From IMG/VR virus record IMGVR_UViG_2518645549_000001, positions 32,001-96,000 of that record: DNA of 64,000 nucleotides; one strand, 5' to 3'. A model generated the notes under the pieces. That model did not search any database. It was not told the DNA's origin and saw nothing but the letters and a program-made list of their open reading frames with translations. The DNA comes from a virus (Duplodnaviria; Caudoviricetes). The position numbers and the translations under genes were made by a program. Below are positions 18,618 through 27,687 of this stretch, piece after piece (within the stretch, counting starts at the first letter, position 1; each line of letters starts with the position of its first letter).

Positions 18618-19682
18618 TTACTTGGTAGGGGAAACCACCTCGCCGACTCGGCGATAAACCCGCTTGGTGATCTCCTCCTTGGAGTGGCCCAGCAGCCGGC
18701 TGGCGTGACTGATGTCCTCTATTTCCGAGGCCGCCTTGGGTCGGATATCACGGAACTGGAACTGCCGCACCTTGGTGGCCAGGTCAGTGTTGCCGTCGGC
18801 GATGAGCTTCCGAGCAGCCTTGTCACGCGCCTCGCTGAAGCGGTTCCTTAACATCTCCCAGCTCATTCGCAGACCCGAGTCGTTGGTGATCAGTCGCGTG
18901 TTGCGCACTCCCTGCAGCTTGCGGCGCTCGAGTAGCGCCTCGATGAACAGCCCAAGGCCGGTCAGTTCGCCATTGACGTGCCGGCGGATGCGGAGTTTCT
19001 TGTCGGTCTTGTTCTGATCGACCCACAGATAGTCCTCGTCCAGGTCGACGGTGCTGAATTTCAGGGTGTCCGCAGGGCGCTGGCCAGCCAGGTAGGCCAG
19101 GTCCATGGCATCCTTGAGCCCCTGGTCGCCCTCGGCATAAACCGCATCCCAGATTTCGTCAGCCGCGTAGAAATCGCGCACTTTCTCTTTGTTGCGACGC
19201 ACCGCCAGGCAGGGGTTGCGTTCGGCAAAGCCCCATTCCATTGCCATGGTGAAAACGTGCGAGAGCAGGGCGATCTCCCGGTTTGCCCGAGTCTTGGCAG
19301 TGCGGGCATCCCGGTACTGGGCAATGACCGGCGGGTTGATAGCCTCGATCGGCGCATCAGCGAACGCCTTGCGCAGGCGCTCCAGCTCATATTTGTTGTC
19401 CTTCTGAGTGCGTGGCGACTTGGTTGGTATGATGTCCCGCTCGTACCGGTCAAACAGTTCGCCCATCGTCGCCATCACCTTCGGCTTCGCCTTATGTTCC
19501 AGGCGGGCCCATTCCAGCTTGGCCTCTGCGAGATCAGTCCCCAGCGGTACCTCTTGCCGCTTCCCGTCTGCATCCCTCCCGTCGTAGTAATAACCAACCC
19601 ACAGCTTCCCGCTTTACAACTTGCGGACCCGCCGCAACATCCGCGGCGGCAGGTCCTTGTTCGATGCCTTCCTGGTGCGCAT
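18618..19682 (-). pseudogene. int: Tyrosine integrase with in-frame TAA at codon 23
   Basis: MRTRKASNKDLPPRMLRRVRKL*SGKLWVGYYY... in frame with catalytic domain (GQR, FRDIR, LLGH, VY); stop at 19614-19616. Confidence 0.85.
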
Positions 19683-19685
19683 CTG

Positions 19686-19922
19686 TTACCCCACGCGCGA
19701 TAAGTCCAATGTCCATGTCTCGGCCGTGGCATTCGTTGCCGTCGGCTTCACTCCTGCCATCTTCATCCGGAAGTACATCCGGCCAATGATGGGGCGCCTG
19801 GCCCGGGTAAGCGTGTACTGCCAGCCATTGTTGGCAAGCCAGGCGATTTGCTTGCTCGGGATCTGGTACCCAGTCAGCCGCACCACTTCCTCCTCCTCGA
19901 GGATCTCGCTTGTATGTTCCAT
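19686..19922 (-). CDS. Excisionase-like DUF4224 protein
   Basis: EVVRLTGYQIPSKQIAWL; directly upstream of int. Confidence 0.75.
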   Translation of the reverse strand: MEHTSEILEEEEVVRLTGYQIPSKQIAWLANNGWQYTLTRARRPIIGRMYFRMKMAGVKPTATNATAETWTLDLSRVG

Positions 19923-19961
19923 GGGATGGTCTCCACGCCGCCGATGGCGGCAGGTTGGTGG

Positions 19962-20285
19962 TCAGTCGACCTGGTAGTAGACGTAGCAATTGACGCCTTG
20001 GTCCTTCAGCGACTTGTGCATGGCTTGCACGCCGGCGCTGTGCATATTTCCCTGGCCTGGCCAAGGCGTGTCTAGATGAATGCCCTGCTGGTGATAGCGG
20101 CTTTTCTTCTGGACATAGCCCGGCAGAGTTGGCAACTGGTTAGGGCGTAGGCCCGGTACCGGAATCACGACTCGATCAAGGTTGGCGCTGCCACCATCAT
20201 CGGTGCAGGCAGCTGCTGCAGCCTTGCCAGCCTCCGTGGCGATGCGCACTTTCGCCGGCAGGCTGGCCAGTTCTTCTTTCGTCAT
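19962..20285 (-). CDS. Hypothetical phage protein
   Basis: ORF in early left operon, DDGGSANLD motif. Confidence 0.6.
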   Translation of the reverse strand: MTKEELASLPAKVRIATEAGKAAAAACTDDGGSANLDRVVIPVPGLRPNQLPTLPGYVQKKSRYHQQGIHLDTPWPGQGNMHSAGVQAMHKSLKDQGVNCYVYYQVD

Positions 20286-20340
20286 GGCAATAGCTCTCCA
20301 TGCCCGTGCATGTCGGCGGGCTTGAGTGGAATGGGAGGGG

Positions 20341-20682
20341 TTACAGCTGCGGTGCAAGTAGCTCTTCGACTACCTGACCGGTGTCGTGGAAGTACCAGTC
20401 GCTGTCGGTGAGGTTGTTGATCATGAAGGCGGCGAATCTTTCGGTCGTCATTCCCTTCATCAAGCGCTCGAGCTTCGGCGGAGGTCCTTTCCAGGTTGGC
20501 TCGGCGCCGATGAGTCGGGCTGCCGCCAAGTTGTGATGGCCATCAAGGATGATGCGATAGAGCTTTCCGCGCATCTCCAGATCGATTGTTCGAACCACGA
20601 ATACCTTGAACTTGGCTACCTTCTTGGCGATAACATCGCGGTTCAAGTATCGCTGGCTGCTGATGAGTGGCGGTGTGCTCAT
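20341..20682 (-). CDS. Small ParB/Srx-like protein
   Basis: IILDGHHNLAAA motif. Confidence 0.6.
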   Translation of the reverse strand: MSTPPLISSQRYLNRDVIAKKVAKFKVFVVRTIDLEMRGKLYRIILDGHHNLAAARLIGAEPTWKGPPPKLERLMKGMTTERFAAFMINNLTDSDWYFHDTGQVVEELLAPQL

Positions 20683-20728
20683 CGCGGCCCCCTGTAGATC
20701 AGGTAGGCCATGTACATCAGTGGCAGGA

Positions 20729-20914
20729 TCATGGCTGAATGCTCCAGGTGATTGCCATCGTGATCACCCCAAGCCATCCGGCGATGGCTAGGGCTCGGTA
20801 AACGATTCGCTCACGCTCAGCCTTCAAGGCCCTGCGCAGCCATTCGGACTTCTCCGTGATCAGCTGATCTGCGAACTCGCATGCGCGCTGGAAGTGCTCT
20901 TCAGAAATGCTCAT
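20729..20914 (-). CDS. Small membrane-anchored phage protein
   Basis: ATGA-coupled, C-terminal TM. Confidence 0.5.
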   Translation of the reverse strand: MSISEEHFQRACEFADQLITEKSEWLRRALKAERERIVYRALAIAGWLGVITMAITWSIQP

Positions 20915-21309
20915 GGCATCAGCTCCTTCGGCACCTGGATGGTATCGCTGAGCTTGTAGTGGACCAGGCCCCGGCAGAACGCGACCAGAGCGGTGGGGCC
21001 ATAGCACCAGACCCCGGCACCGGCCGGGCCGCCTGCATAGCAGGTATCTTCGGGCAGGCCGGGTATGTGCTGAGCGGTGCCTTGGTGCTTGTCGATCAGC
21101 ACACCGCCGTGGCCCCAGTGAGAAGAAGGGCGATAGCCGAAACCTTCAGTTACGCCGCGGATGCTGATGCTGATGGGGTCAGTTGGCGTAAGCCATACCG
21201 TCGTTCGGCATACAGGATCTGCTTCGAAACCCTCGGCCCTTGCCACGGCCCAGTCCAGCGGGGCGCCGACCAGGTTGGATACCCTTACCTCGATCAGGTC
21301 GGTCATCAT
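20911..21309 (-). CDS. NinX/DUF2591-like protein
   Basis: L.GAPLDWAVARAEG, YRPSSHW..GG.LI, GPTALVA.CR. Confidence 0.7.
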   Translation of the reverse strand: MMTDLIEVRVSNLVGAPLDWAVARAEGFEADPVCRTTVWLTPTDPISISIRGVTEGFGYRPSSHWGHGGVLIDKHQGTAQHIPGLPEDTCYAGGPAGAGVWCYGPTALVAFCRGLVHYKLSDTIQVPKELMP

Positions 21310-21698
21310 CGGCGCTCCTTTTTCCGCTCGACCTCGATCTGGTCGTAGAGTGCATCCACTCGCTTTTGCTTGCGGTTGATCGCCTCGGAGCGGTTCAGGT
21401 GTTCTCTCAGGGCCTTGTCATAAGGCTCGATCTTCTCGACCAGTCGAAGCCGCTCACTTGGATCTTTTGACGCGTTGAACTGTCGAGCCAGTCGATCCCG
21501 CTCGCTGAAGTCCAGATGGTCAATCGCGCGGTTCTCCTTCTCCATTTCGGCCAGAACGTCTGCCGATTGCCGCTTCCAGCGCAGATACAGCACATCGCTC
21601 TTCTTGGGCTTCATGAAAAAGTGCTGAGATCTGATCCACTCCACCAAGTCTTCCTTGGTCATCTCGTCGAGCATATCTTTCCGGGCGGCTTTGCTCAC
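21306..21698 (-). CDS. Hypothetical phage protein
   Basis: Coupled ORF in early left operon. Confidence 0.6.
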   Translation of the reverse strand: MSKAARKDMLDEMTKEDLVEWIRSQHFFMKPKKSDVLYLRWKRQSADVLAEMEKENRAIDHLDFSERDRLARQFNASKDPSERLRLVEKIEPYDKALREHLNRSEAINRKQKRVDALYDQIEVERKKERR

Positions 21699-21946
21699 AG
21701 CTGATACCTCTCATCAATCCAGCGCCCAGGCGCCAGTGCGGGTGTAGGTTCGGGTTGTGTTTCGTGCGGGAAGAGCTGGCGCTGGTTGCCGGCCTGCAGC
21801 TGGCTGTCGGGGATGCAGCTGATGCCGACTCCGTTGAGCAGGTAGCAGGTGACGCCGCGCTGGCTGTCGTGCTGCACGTCGATGACGTTCTCGGTTGCGC
21901 TGGCGCTGGTGGCCAGCAGCAGGAGGCAGAGGGCGAGGCGGGTCAT
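21695..21946 (-). CDS. Small secreted phage protein
   Basis: Signal peptide, HDSQRGVTCY..GISCIP. Confidence 0.6.
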   Translation of the reverse strand: MTRLALCLLLLATSASATENVIDVQHDSQRGVTCYLLNGVGISCIPDSQLQAGNQRQLFPHETQPEPTPALAPGRWIDERYQL

Positions 21947-22389
21947 CAGCAGTCCACCCAGTTGAGCTCTTTGATGTAATCACCGCCGGCGCACAGGTGC
22001 TCGTCGTTGATCGCCTCCAGATCCTTTATATCTGCCAGGGCGGCCTTTGCGCGTTCCAATGCCAGCTCGGCATGGCTTAGCTGGTGGCGTTTGCGGGCTT
22101 TGTAGCTGCGCAGCGCTTCCTCTTTGTCGGGGTAGGCGAACCGGCGCCAAGAGCTTTTCGATACACGCTTGGCGTTGCCCCAGACTTTCCCGGTGGCTTC
22201 CTGACGCGCCACGGCGTAACCCTCGCTGCCTTCGGGCACAAGCCAGTAGCAGTGCTCGCTTTCGCGGATCACCACGTAGCGCCGGCACACGATCGTGACG
22301 CCTTCGGGTCCGATGGAATCGATATAACGGAAGTGGTCCGGCCAAGCCGGTTGCTTTTCTGTGGGCATGACTTCGTCCTTGGCTGCCAT
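21946..22389 (-). CDS. Hypothetical phage protein
   Basis: Coupled ORF, RRFAYPDKEEALRSY. Confidence 0.6.
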   Translation of the reverse strand: MAAKDEVMPTEKQPAWPDHFRYIDSIGPEGVTIVCRRYVVIRESEHCYWLVPEGSEGYAVARQEATGKVWGNAKRVSKSSWRRFAYPDKEEALRSYKARKRHQLSHAELALERAKAALADIKDLEAINDEHLCAGGDYIKELNWVDC

Positions 22390-22528
22390 TTCGCGGCAGT
22401 GAATAGAGGGGAGAGGGGTTACAGCGGGGTGGAGTACAAATGTGATCTGATTAAAAAACGTACAAAATCATGCGGGCTATGTTCTAGATCCGGTATTCTC
22501 GGTTGTCACCAATCAAAGAGAGGTGGTT

Positions 22529-22690
22529 ATGAAATATCGAATCAAAGAGTTGAAGCTGGATAACGACGTAACCGTCGAATACGTCGAATGCGTGAAGCAA
22601 GAAGGAAGAGTCAGCGTTTGTCAGCTCATTTCCCTGTGGCGCTTTACCGAAGCGCAGATCCAATCAATACGCGCCAAGGGCACCATCTAG
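22529..22690 (+). CDS. Small antisense moron protein (53 aa)
   Basis: GAGGTGG RBS, MKYRIKELKLDNDVTVEYVECV...; below ORF-track cutoff. Confidence 0.5.
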   Translation: MKYRIKELKLDNDVTVEYVECVKQEGRVSVCQLISLWRFTEAQIQSIRAKGTI

Positions 22691-23046
22691 ACATGTTGGC
22701 CGCCGACCAGCTCGGCTTGTCGTTGGTCGGCCGGCCACCCAAGATCCAGTAGCGGTCCTATAGGAATCAATGGCTGCACAGTCGCCGCCGCATCCCGCTC
22801 TGCCTCTTCTTTGGTCCACCAGAAGGCAGTACCAACCATCCAGGCTATAGGGTCGGGGTGGGGCTGAGGGGCTGACTGCGGTGCATTCTTCAGCAGTGCA
22901 CTCCAAAGAGACCTTGCGAGGTCCGGGTGCATGCATACCCCATTGAGCATTTCACGCGTCAACACGCGCGGTACGCTGACCATATCGATGATCCCCTCGA
23001 TATGGTCATGCTGCTCGATGGTGCTGGATCGGTTTTCTGTGGGCAT
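22687..23046 (-). CDS. Hypothetical phage protein
   Basis: VSVPRVLTREML, PIAWMVG motifs of early phage proteins. Confidence 0.55.
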   Translation of the reverse strand: MPTENRSSTIEQHDHIEGIIDMVSVPRVLTREMLNGVCMHPDLARSLWSALLKNAPQSAPQPHPDPIAWMVGTAFWWTKEEAERDAAATVQPLIPIGPLLDLGWPADQRQAELVGGQHV

Positions 23047-23122
23047 GGGAAAGCTTTTCCTGATTCAGTAAATGTGGTGACTGCTATTATTGTTTTGGGG
23101 TCAAATAAGTTGGGGGATTACT

Positions 23123-23353
23123 ATGAGAATGCTGCTCAGCTTGAGTGTCGTTATCTTCACTATTTGGCTGTCTGGCTGTGATGCTGAGGCACAACTTGTA
23201 GCGCCCCCAGCATGTTCATGCACGACGTCAACGATTGCAGACAGGTCCGCAATGATCTCGAACTGCACCTGCGGAGCGTTGCAATGTGTAACCGTAATGG
23301 GAGCAAACACCTCAGGTTATAACCCAGACCCTAGAGCGCTCTACTGCAAGTAA
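23123..23353 (+). CDS. Cys-rich lipoprotein (moron)
   Basis: Lipobox LSGC, six further Cys, antisense to operon. Confidence 0.65.
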   Translation: MRMLLSLSVVIFTIWLSGCDAEAQLVAPPACSCTTSTIADRSAMISNCTCGALQCVTVMGANTSGYNPDPRALYCK

Positions 23354-23416
23354 CTTCACAGTGAGATGCGCCATGGCTTGCTTCTGGGGAAGCGCTTCTC
23401 TATGAGCATTGGCACC

Positions 23417-24763
23417 TCAAGCGATGCGTTCAAGTTGTTGTTGGATGCGAAGGCCAATCCAGCGGACCACAAAGACGGCCTTGCTGTTGCCGATCGCCTT
23501 GTAGCGCGGGCCGTCCGGGCATTCATCGGCGGACTTGCCGCGATAGGGGATGCGGGTGTGGTCGCCGGGAAAACCCTGAAGCCATTCGCACTCTCGCGGG
23601 GTGAGTCGCCGAACGCCGGTGGAGGCCTGAACCATTGGCTGGCCCCGGCCGGTGCCGTCCTCGCTGGCGTCAAAGCCCTCGGCCTTCAGCGTGTGCGTGA
23701 TATCGCCAGTGATGCACACTGCTACCTGGCCACCGGCATTGGGATAGCTGGCGCCATGGCCCATTGCGCGTAACGTTGGCGCCACATCTCCAGCGTCGGC
23801 GCCGTGGTCCTTGCAGCTGAAGGCGAGCAGGGCGTTTTCTTGGCCGCTGTTCCGGCCTAGGGCGAAGGCCTGATCATCAAGGACGCATGGATCCTGCGTG
23901 CCATGGACAACGAAGCTTTCGACCTCGAAATCACACTTCTGACCTTTGGCAACCAGAGTCGCTGCGACATCAATCGAGCCTCCGGTCCTCCCCCCGCCAA
24001 ATGCAGATGTTTGAAGGTATCCGGCTAGGGCTTCGTCTGTGCCGGGAAAGCCTCCGCCTTCAGTGCGAGAAGCAAGGGTTCCGGCAATATCTTGCCCCTC
24101 GCCTCGGCGCGGCGGAGTATCCCGACGCAGGCCTTCGCGCTCAAAAAGTACTTCGAGGGGATCGAACCCAGCTCTAGCACTTGCGACAACGAACACACGG
24201 CGGCGTCGTTGGGCCAGGCCGAAATATTGGGCATCCAGAATCCGCCATGCGGCTGTTCGCGTGGGTCCATACACACAACCAGCGTCCTTCCATTTGCCCC
24301 CTGGCGGTTGGAGTTCTTCGGATTCGCCCACCAGGGCGCCGAGGAAGCAGCCAAACGCGTTGCCTTTGTCGGAGAGGACGCCGGGGACGTTTTCCCAGGT
24401 GCAGATGGCTTCGGGCTCGCCGCGCATGGTTCGAACATGGTCAATTGCATCGAGGAGCTCCACGTATTTGATGGTGAGGGCGCCGCGGGGATCGGCCAGG
24501 CCTTCGCGCATGCCGGCCACGCTGAAGGCTTGGCAGGGTGTGCCGCCGACCAGAACTTCGGGCGCCGGGATCTTGCCGGACAGCACCATGGCCGCCAGGC
24601 GGGTCATGTCGCCGTGGTTCGGCGTCTCCGGGTAGTGGTAGGCCAGCACGGCGCAGGGGAATGGTTCGATCTCGGCGTACCAATCGGCACGCCAGCCCAG
24701 CGGGTGCCAGGCTACGGTCGCAGCTTCAATTCCGCTGCAGACGCTTCCGTAGGTGATGGGCAT
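23417..24763 (-). CDS. DNA cytosine-5 methyltransferase
   Basis: SVCSGI (I), GGTPCQAFS (IV), ENV (VI), QRRRRVF (VIII), RRLTPREC..LQGFP (IX), YKAIGNS (X). Confidence 0.93.
   Translation of the reverse strand: MPITYGSVCSGIEAATVAWHPLGWRADWYAEIEPFPCAVLAYHYPETPNHGDMTRLAAMVLSGKIPAPEVLVGGTPCQAFSVAGMREGLADPRGALTIKYVELLDAIDHVRTMRGEPEAICTWENVPGVLSDKGNAFGCFLGALVGESEELQPPGGKWKDAGCVYGPTRTAAWRILDAQYFGLAQRRRRVFVVASARAGFDPLEVLFEREGLRRDTPPRRGEGQDIAGTLASRTEGGGFPGTDEALAGYLQTSAFGGGRTGGSIDVAATLVAKGQKCDFEVESFVVHGTQDPCVLDDQAFALGRNSGQENALLAFSCKDHGADAGDVAPTLRAMGHGASYPNAGGQVAVCITGDITHTLKAEGFDASEDGTGRGQPMVQASTGVRRLTPRECEWLQGFPGDHTRIPYRGKSADECPDGPRYKAIGNSKAVFVVRWIGLRIQQQLERIA
24025..24450 (-). CDS. Nested overprinted protein in MTase gene (M.EcoHK31I beta-like)
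   Basis: ATG with GGAG 7 nt upstream; CSLSQVLE..KYFLS.KAC.GILRRA..RGK.LP..L; N-terminal QLTMF. Confidence 0.65.
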   Translation of the reverse strand: MQLTMFEPCAASPKPSAPGKTSPASSPTKATRLAASSAPWWANPKNSNRQGANGRTLVVCMDPREQPHGGFWMPNISAWPNDAAVCSLSQVLELGSIPSKYFLSAKACVGILRRAEARGKILPEPLLLALKAEAFPAQTKP

Positions 24764-24778
24764 GATGATCCTCTCGAG

Positions 24779-25729
24779 CTACTCGCACAGCCCGTAGGAT
24801 GAGGAGCAACTGTTCTGGTTATCGGTGCGGGCGATCAAGTCGACCATGTCGAACTGGCGCCCGCCGCGAGCGGTGTTGGCCCAGTCGACCATTCGGTCAA
24901 TGCCGTGGGTGTCGGCGGTTATGTTGTCGTTGGCGCGAACGGTGGGATCGTTGGTAGAAGTGAAGAACGTGGCCGATCCTCGCTTACATGCGATGCTGAC
25001 CAATCGTTCCCACTCCCGCACCCTAGCGACTTCTTCTGGCCACCTGGCGGCGATCTCTCGCAGCTCATCCTTCGCGCACATGATGCAGGGCATGCAGCCG
25101 ACTCGATTGCAGCCCTGTAGATAAAGCGGATTTGGCTTGATGCCGGCTGCACGGTGCGCCTCGAATACTGCTTCCACCGGCCATTTCAGAATGGGGCGGT
25201 AGTTGAACAGGCCGCCGCCGACCTCATCGCACTCAGGCAGGTATCTCCTGCTCAGCGACTCATCAGCTCGCACGCCCTGCCAAGACAGCACAAGGTTCTC
25301 GCCGGTCATCAGCGGCATGAAAACGTCCTCAATGATCGGGTTTCGCTTCAGCTCGTCCGTGCAAAATCGGGCCTTGGTGCTGGGGAACCGGCCTTTCCAG
25401 AGGCACATGTCGAGGAACGGGTTGCCCGTGGGGTGCAGCACTTCCAGGGCGGCCAGAACCACCGGCTCTGGCACTCCCTTTTCGCGCCACTTGGTTTCGA
25501 TGAACTTGCGCTTGCTGGCGATCTGCCGGGCAAAGTCGGCCTTTACCCAGCGGATGGGCACACCGACGGCCTCGGCCAGGTAGTGCACGTAGTCATAGGT
25601 GGCAGGGTGTTCGTGCCCGGTATCTGCAAACACGGCGCTGAGGTTCGGCACCTCCAGCTCGCGGGCGACCAGTAGGGTGGCCGTGCTGTCTTTACCGCCA
25701 CTCATGCTGACGATGTTGTATTCGGCCAT
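24779..25729 (-). CDS. PAPS reductase family (PP-loop, Fe-S) protein
   Basis: SMSGGKDS, FADTG.E, RFCTDELK, GVRADES..R, RVGCMPCI, C-terminal YGLCE. Confidence 0.88.
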   Translation of the reverse strand: MAEYNIVSMSGGKDSTATLLVARELEVPNLSAVFADTGHEHPATYDYVHYLAEAVGVPIRWVKADFARQIASKRKFIETKWREKGVPEPVVLAALEVLHPTGNPFLDMCLWKGRFPSTKARFCTDELKRNPIIEDVFMPLMTGENLVLSWQGVRADESLSRRYLPECDEVGGGLFNYRPILKWPVEAVFEAHRAAGIKPNPLYLQGCNRVGCMPCIMCAKDELREIAARWPEEVARVREWERLVSIACKRGSATFFTSTNDPTVRANDNITADTHGIDRMVDWANTARGGRQFDMVDLIARTDNQNSCSSSYGLCE

Positions 25730-25818
25730 CGTGTGGTCCTTGCGTGCAGGCGCCGCTCTCGCCGAGGAGGCGCAATTCTGATTGGGCTACAGTTGAGCTG
25801 TTGATTGGAGGGCAGCTG

Positions 25819-26202
25819 ATGCTGAAAATCGGTGAAGACACAGCCTGGATAGGCGATTACTACGACTACATCCGTGACGGGTGCGCAAAAGAGGCGTACG
25901 CATTGCTGATCGGAACCCTCGTCTGCATGAAATCGGTCACCTGCTACCGGAAGCGTCAGGGTGAAGTGCGCTCAGTAGGAATCGAAGTTGATGGAGAGTG
26001 CTGGTTTGCACTCATGCCGACCCAGGGTTGGCTGACATTCCAATGGCGACCGCCTGTGACTAGGGCAAAAAGGTACAGCGCGGCTCATGTTCGTGCACAA
26101 TTCCCGGACAGCTTCACACTCCCCCAGGATGAGCACTGGGCGGTGCGGGTCAACACGATCGAGGATGCTTTGCTGTTGCTTCTGATCCTCGACCTGAGCT
26201 GA
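25819..26202 (+). CDS. Hypothetical moron protein
   Basis: GGAGG RBS, antisense to early operon. Confidence 0.55.
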   Translation: MLKIGEDTAWIGDYYDYIRDGCAKEAYALLIGTLVCMKSVTCYRKRQGEVRSVGIEVDGECWFALMPTQGWLTFQWRPPVTRAKRYSAAHVRAQFPDSFTLPQDEHWAVRVNTIEDALLLLLILDLS

Positions 26203-26267
26203 TGCCGGGAGGCGTTATCGTTGAATAGGGGTGATATGCTTCGCCGCTTACCAGAAGGAGAGTGGTG

Positions 26268-26465
26268 ATGCTTTTGCGTGAGGGGCTTCGAACGTTCCAG
26301 CTATGGTTCAATCCGAAGCGCAGACGGTGGACTGGCGTGATGCTGATCGCGCTTGGGGTGGTCGGGATGTTTCTCAACCCGGAAAGCCGGTGGACCGTGG
26401 TGTTAGGAACAGGGATCTATTGGTTCTTCACGGCTTTACCACCAGTACTTGGCGGCAAGCGCTAA
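26268..26465 (+). CDS. Small 2-TM membrane protein (moron)
   Basis: AAGGAG RBS, two hydrophobic helices. Confidence 0.6.
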   Translation: MLLREGLRTFQLWFNPKRRRWTGVMLIALGVVGMFLNPESRWTVVLGTGIYWFFTALPPVLGGKR

Positions 26466-26570
26466 GGCACCGATAGCTGAAGTACGAGAACTTTGAACTT
26501 CTGAGAAGCCTGATGGCTCTGAGCCAGTCCCGCTAAGCACAGGGCAAGGCGGCCTCTCAGAGATTCAGTC

Positions 26571-26669
26571 ATGTTTTCGGAAGACTTCTACGGCGTGTTC
26601 CTGGTTGCCGAATCGGTATTGGCATTCACCGTGCTGGCAGTCGCATACCATTGGAACCGAGGCGCTTAA
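26571..26669 (+). CDS. Possible 32-aa single-TM peptide
   Basis: MFSEDFYGVFLVAESVLAFTVLAVAYHWNRGA. Confidence 0.35.
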   Translation: MFSEDFYGVFLVAESVLAFTVLAVAYHWNRGA

Positions 26670-26737
26670 GCCCCTGGAGTTATCCAAGATGAGGGCGCCC
26701 CTCTTTCGGGTGGTGGCATTTTGATGTCGTATCGTGT

Positions 26738-27028
26738 TTGATGCTGCACAGGCCTTCTATGGAGAGAACCGGAGTGCTGACTATTGGCGTGGTTGAAAGG
26801 ATTAACCAGGATCGTATCGCAATCTGGGTGGAGGAGCAGAGCGCCTACACCGTCATTGCGTTGCAGTCGACTGCCCAGATCGAGCAGGGCGATGTCATGT
26901 GCTGGCGTGATCGATCCTCTACGGGATCATGTAATTACTGGAACGCGACCAAAGGCTGGAATGCTGAGGTGAGCGTGCAGGCTCAGGATGTCGCGATTGA
27001 TCTGCTAGGACAGCATCTCAACTGGTGA
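26738..27028 (+). CDS. Hypothetical moron protein
   Basis: Beta-rich ORF; true start may be slightly downstream. Confidence 0.5.
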   Translation: MMLHRPSMERTGVLTIGVVERINQDRIAIWVEEQSAYTVIALQSTAQIEQGDVMCWRDRSSTGSCNYWNATKGWNAEVSVQAQDVAIDLLGQHLNW

Positions 27029-27224
27029 CATTGGCGTGTGCTGGAGTGTTCCAATCCTGCCACCTACGGAGAAGCGTTGTCGTTGAATATGGGCAGGCGC
27101 TGACGGGCGGCGCCGTCTGGGTGAATGTGGCAGGCAGGTGATATGCTTCGCCGCTCACCAAACAAGGATGGTGGTAATGGGGTTGCGAGATCGAGGAAGA
27201 TCGCCAAGATCAGGAGCTGCCGCG

Positions 27225-27632
27225 ATGAAGACCCGAACGGCATCATTCATAGGGCTCGCGATTTGGATAGCGTTTCTTTGGCTGGGAAAGCCATCTGCGT
27301 CGTTGATCAGCTATTCTGTGCCGTTTGGAATTGCTCTGATCGCCACAGGCCCCCTCGAACTGATCCCAGATCGTTGGCACAGGCTTAATTTCCTCGTCAA
27401 TGCCCTGGCGACTGGATTCTTCTTTGTCAGCATAATGTTTGCGATAGTGGCAATCTCTTTCGCCCTGTCATTGAGCACAAGCGAGCGTTCGATTTTCTGC
27501 CTTGCTGGATGGGCAACGCTGTTGATTGTCTACCATTTCGCAATCCCTCGGCTGAAGCGGTCGCCGTTTCACCGACTCAGCCAGGATAGAGGGATGTACA
27601 GCTCTCCAACGGATGACGATAAACGGAACTGA
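27225..27632 (+). CDS. 4-TM membrane protein (moron)
   Basis: AGGAG RBS, four hydrophobic segments. Confidence 0.6.
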   Translation: MKTRTASFIGLAIWIAFLWLGKPSASLISYSVPFGIALIATGPLELIPDRWHRLNFLVNALATGFFFVSIMFAIVAISFALSLSTSERSIFCLAGWATLLIVYHFAIPRLKRSPFHRLSQDRGMYSSPTDDDKRN

Positions 27633-27687
27633 GATCAGATAGGCCAATGCCTGAGCAGATTAGTCGCTGGCGGGCAGCGCAGGAGGG

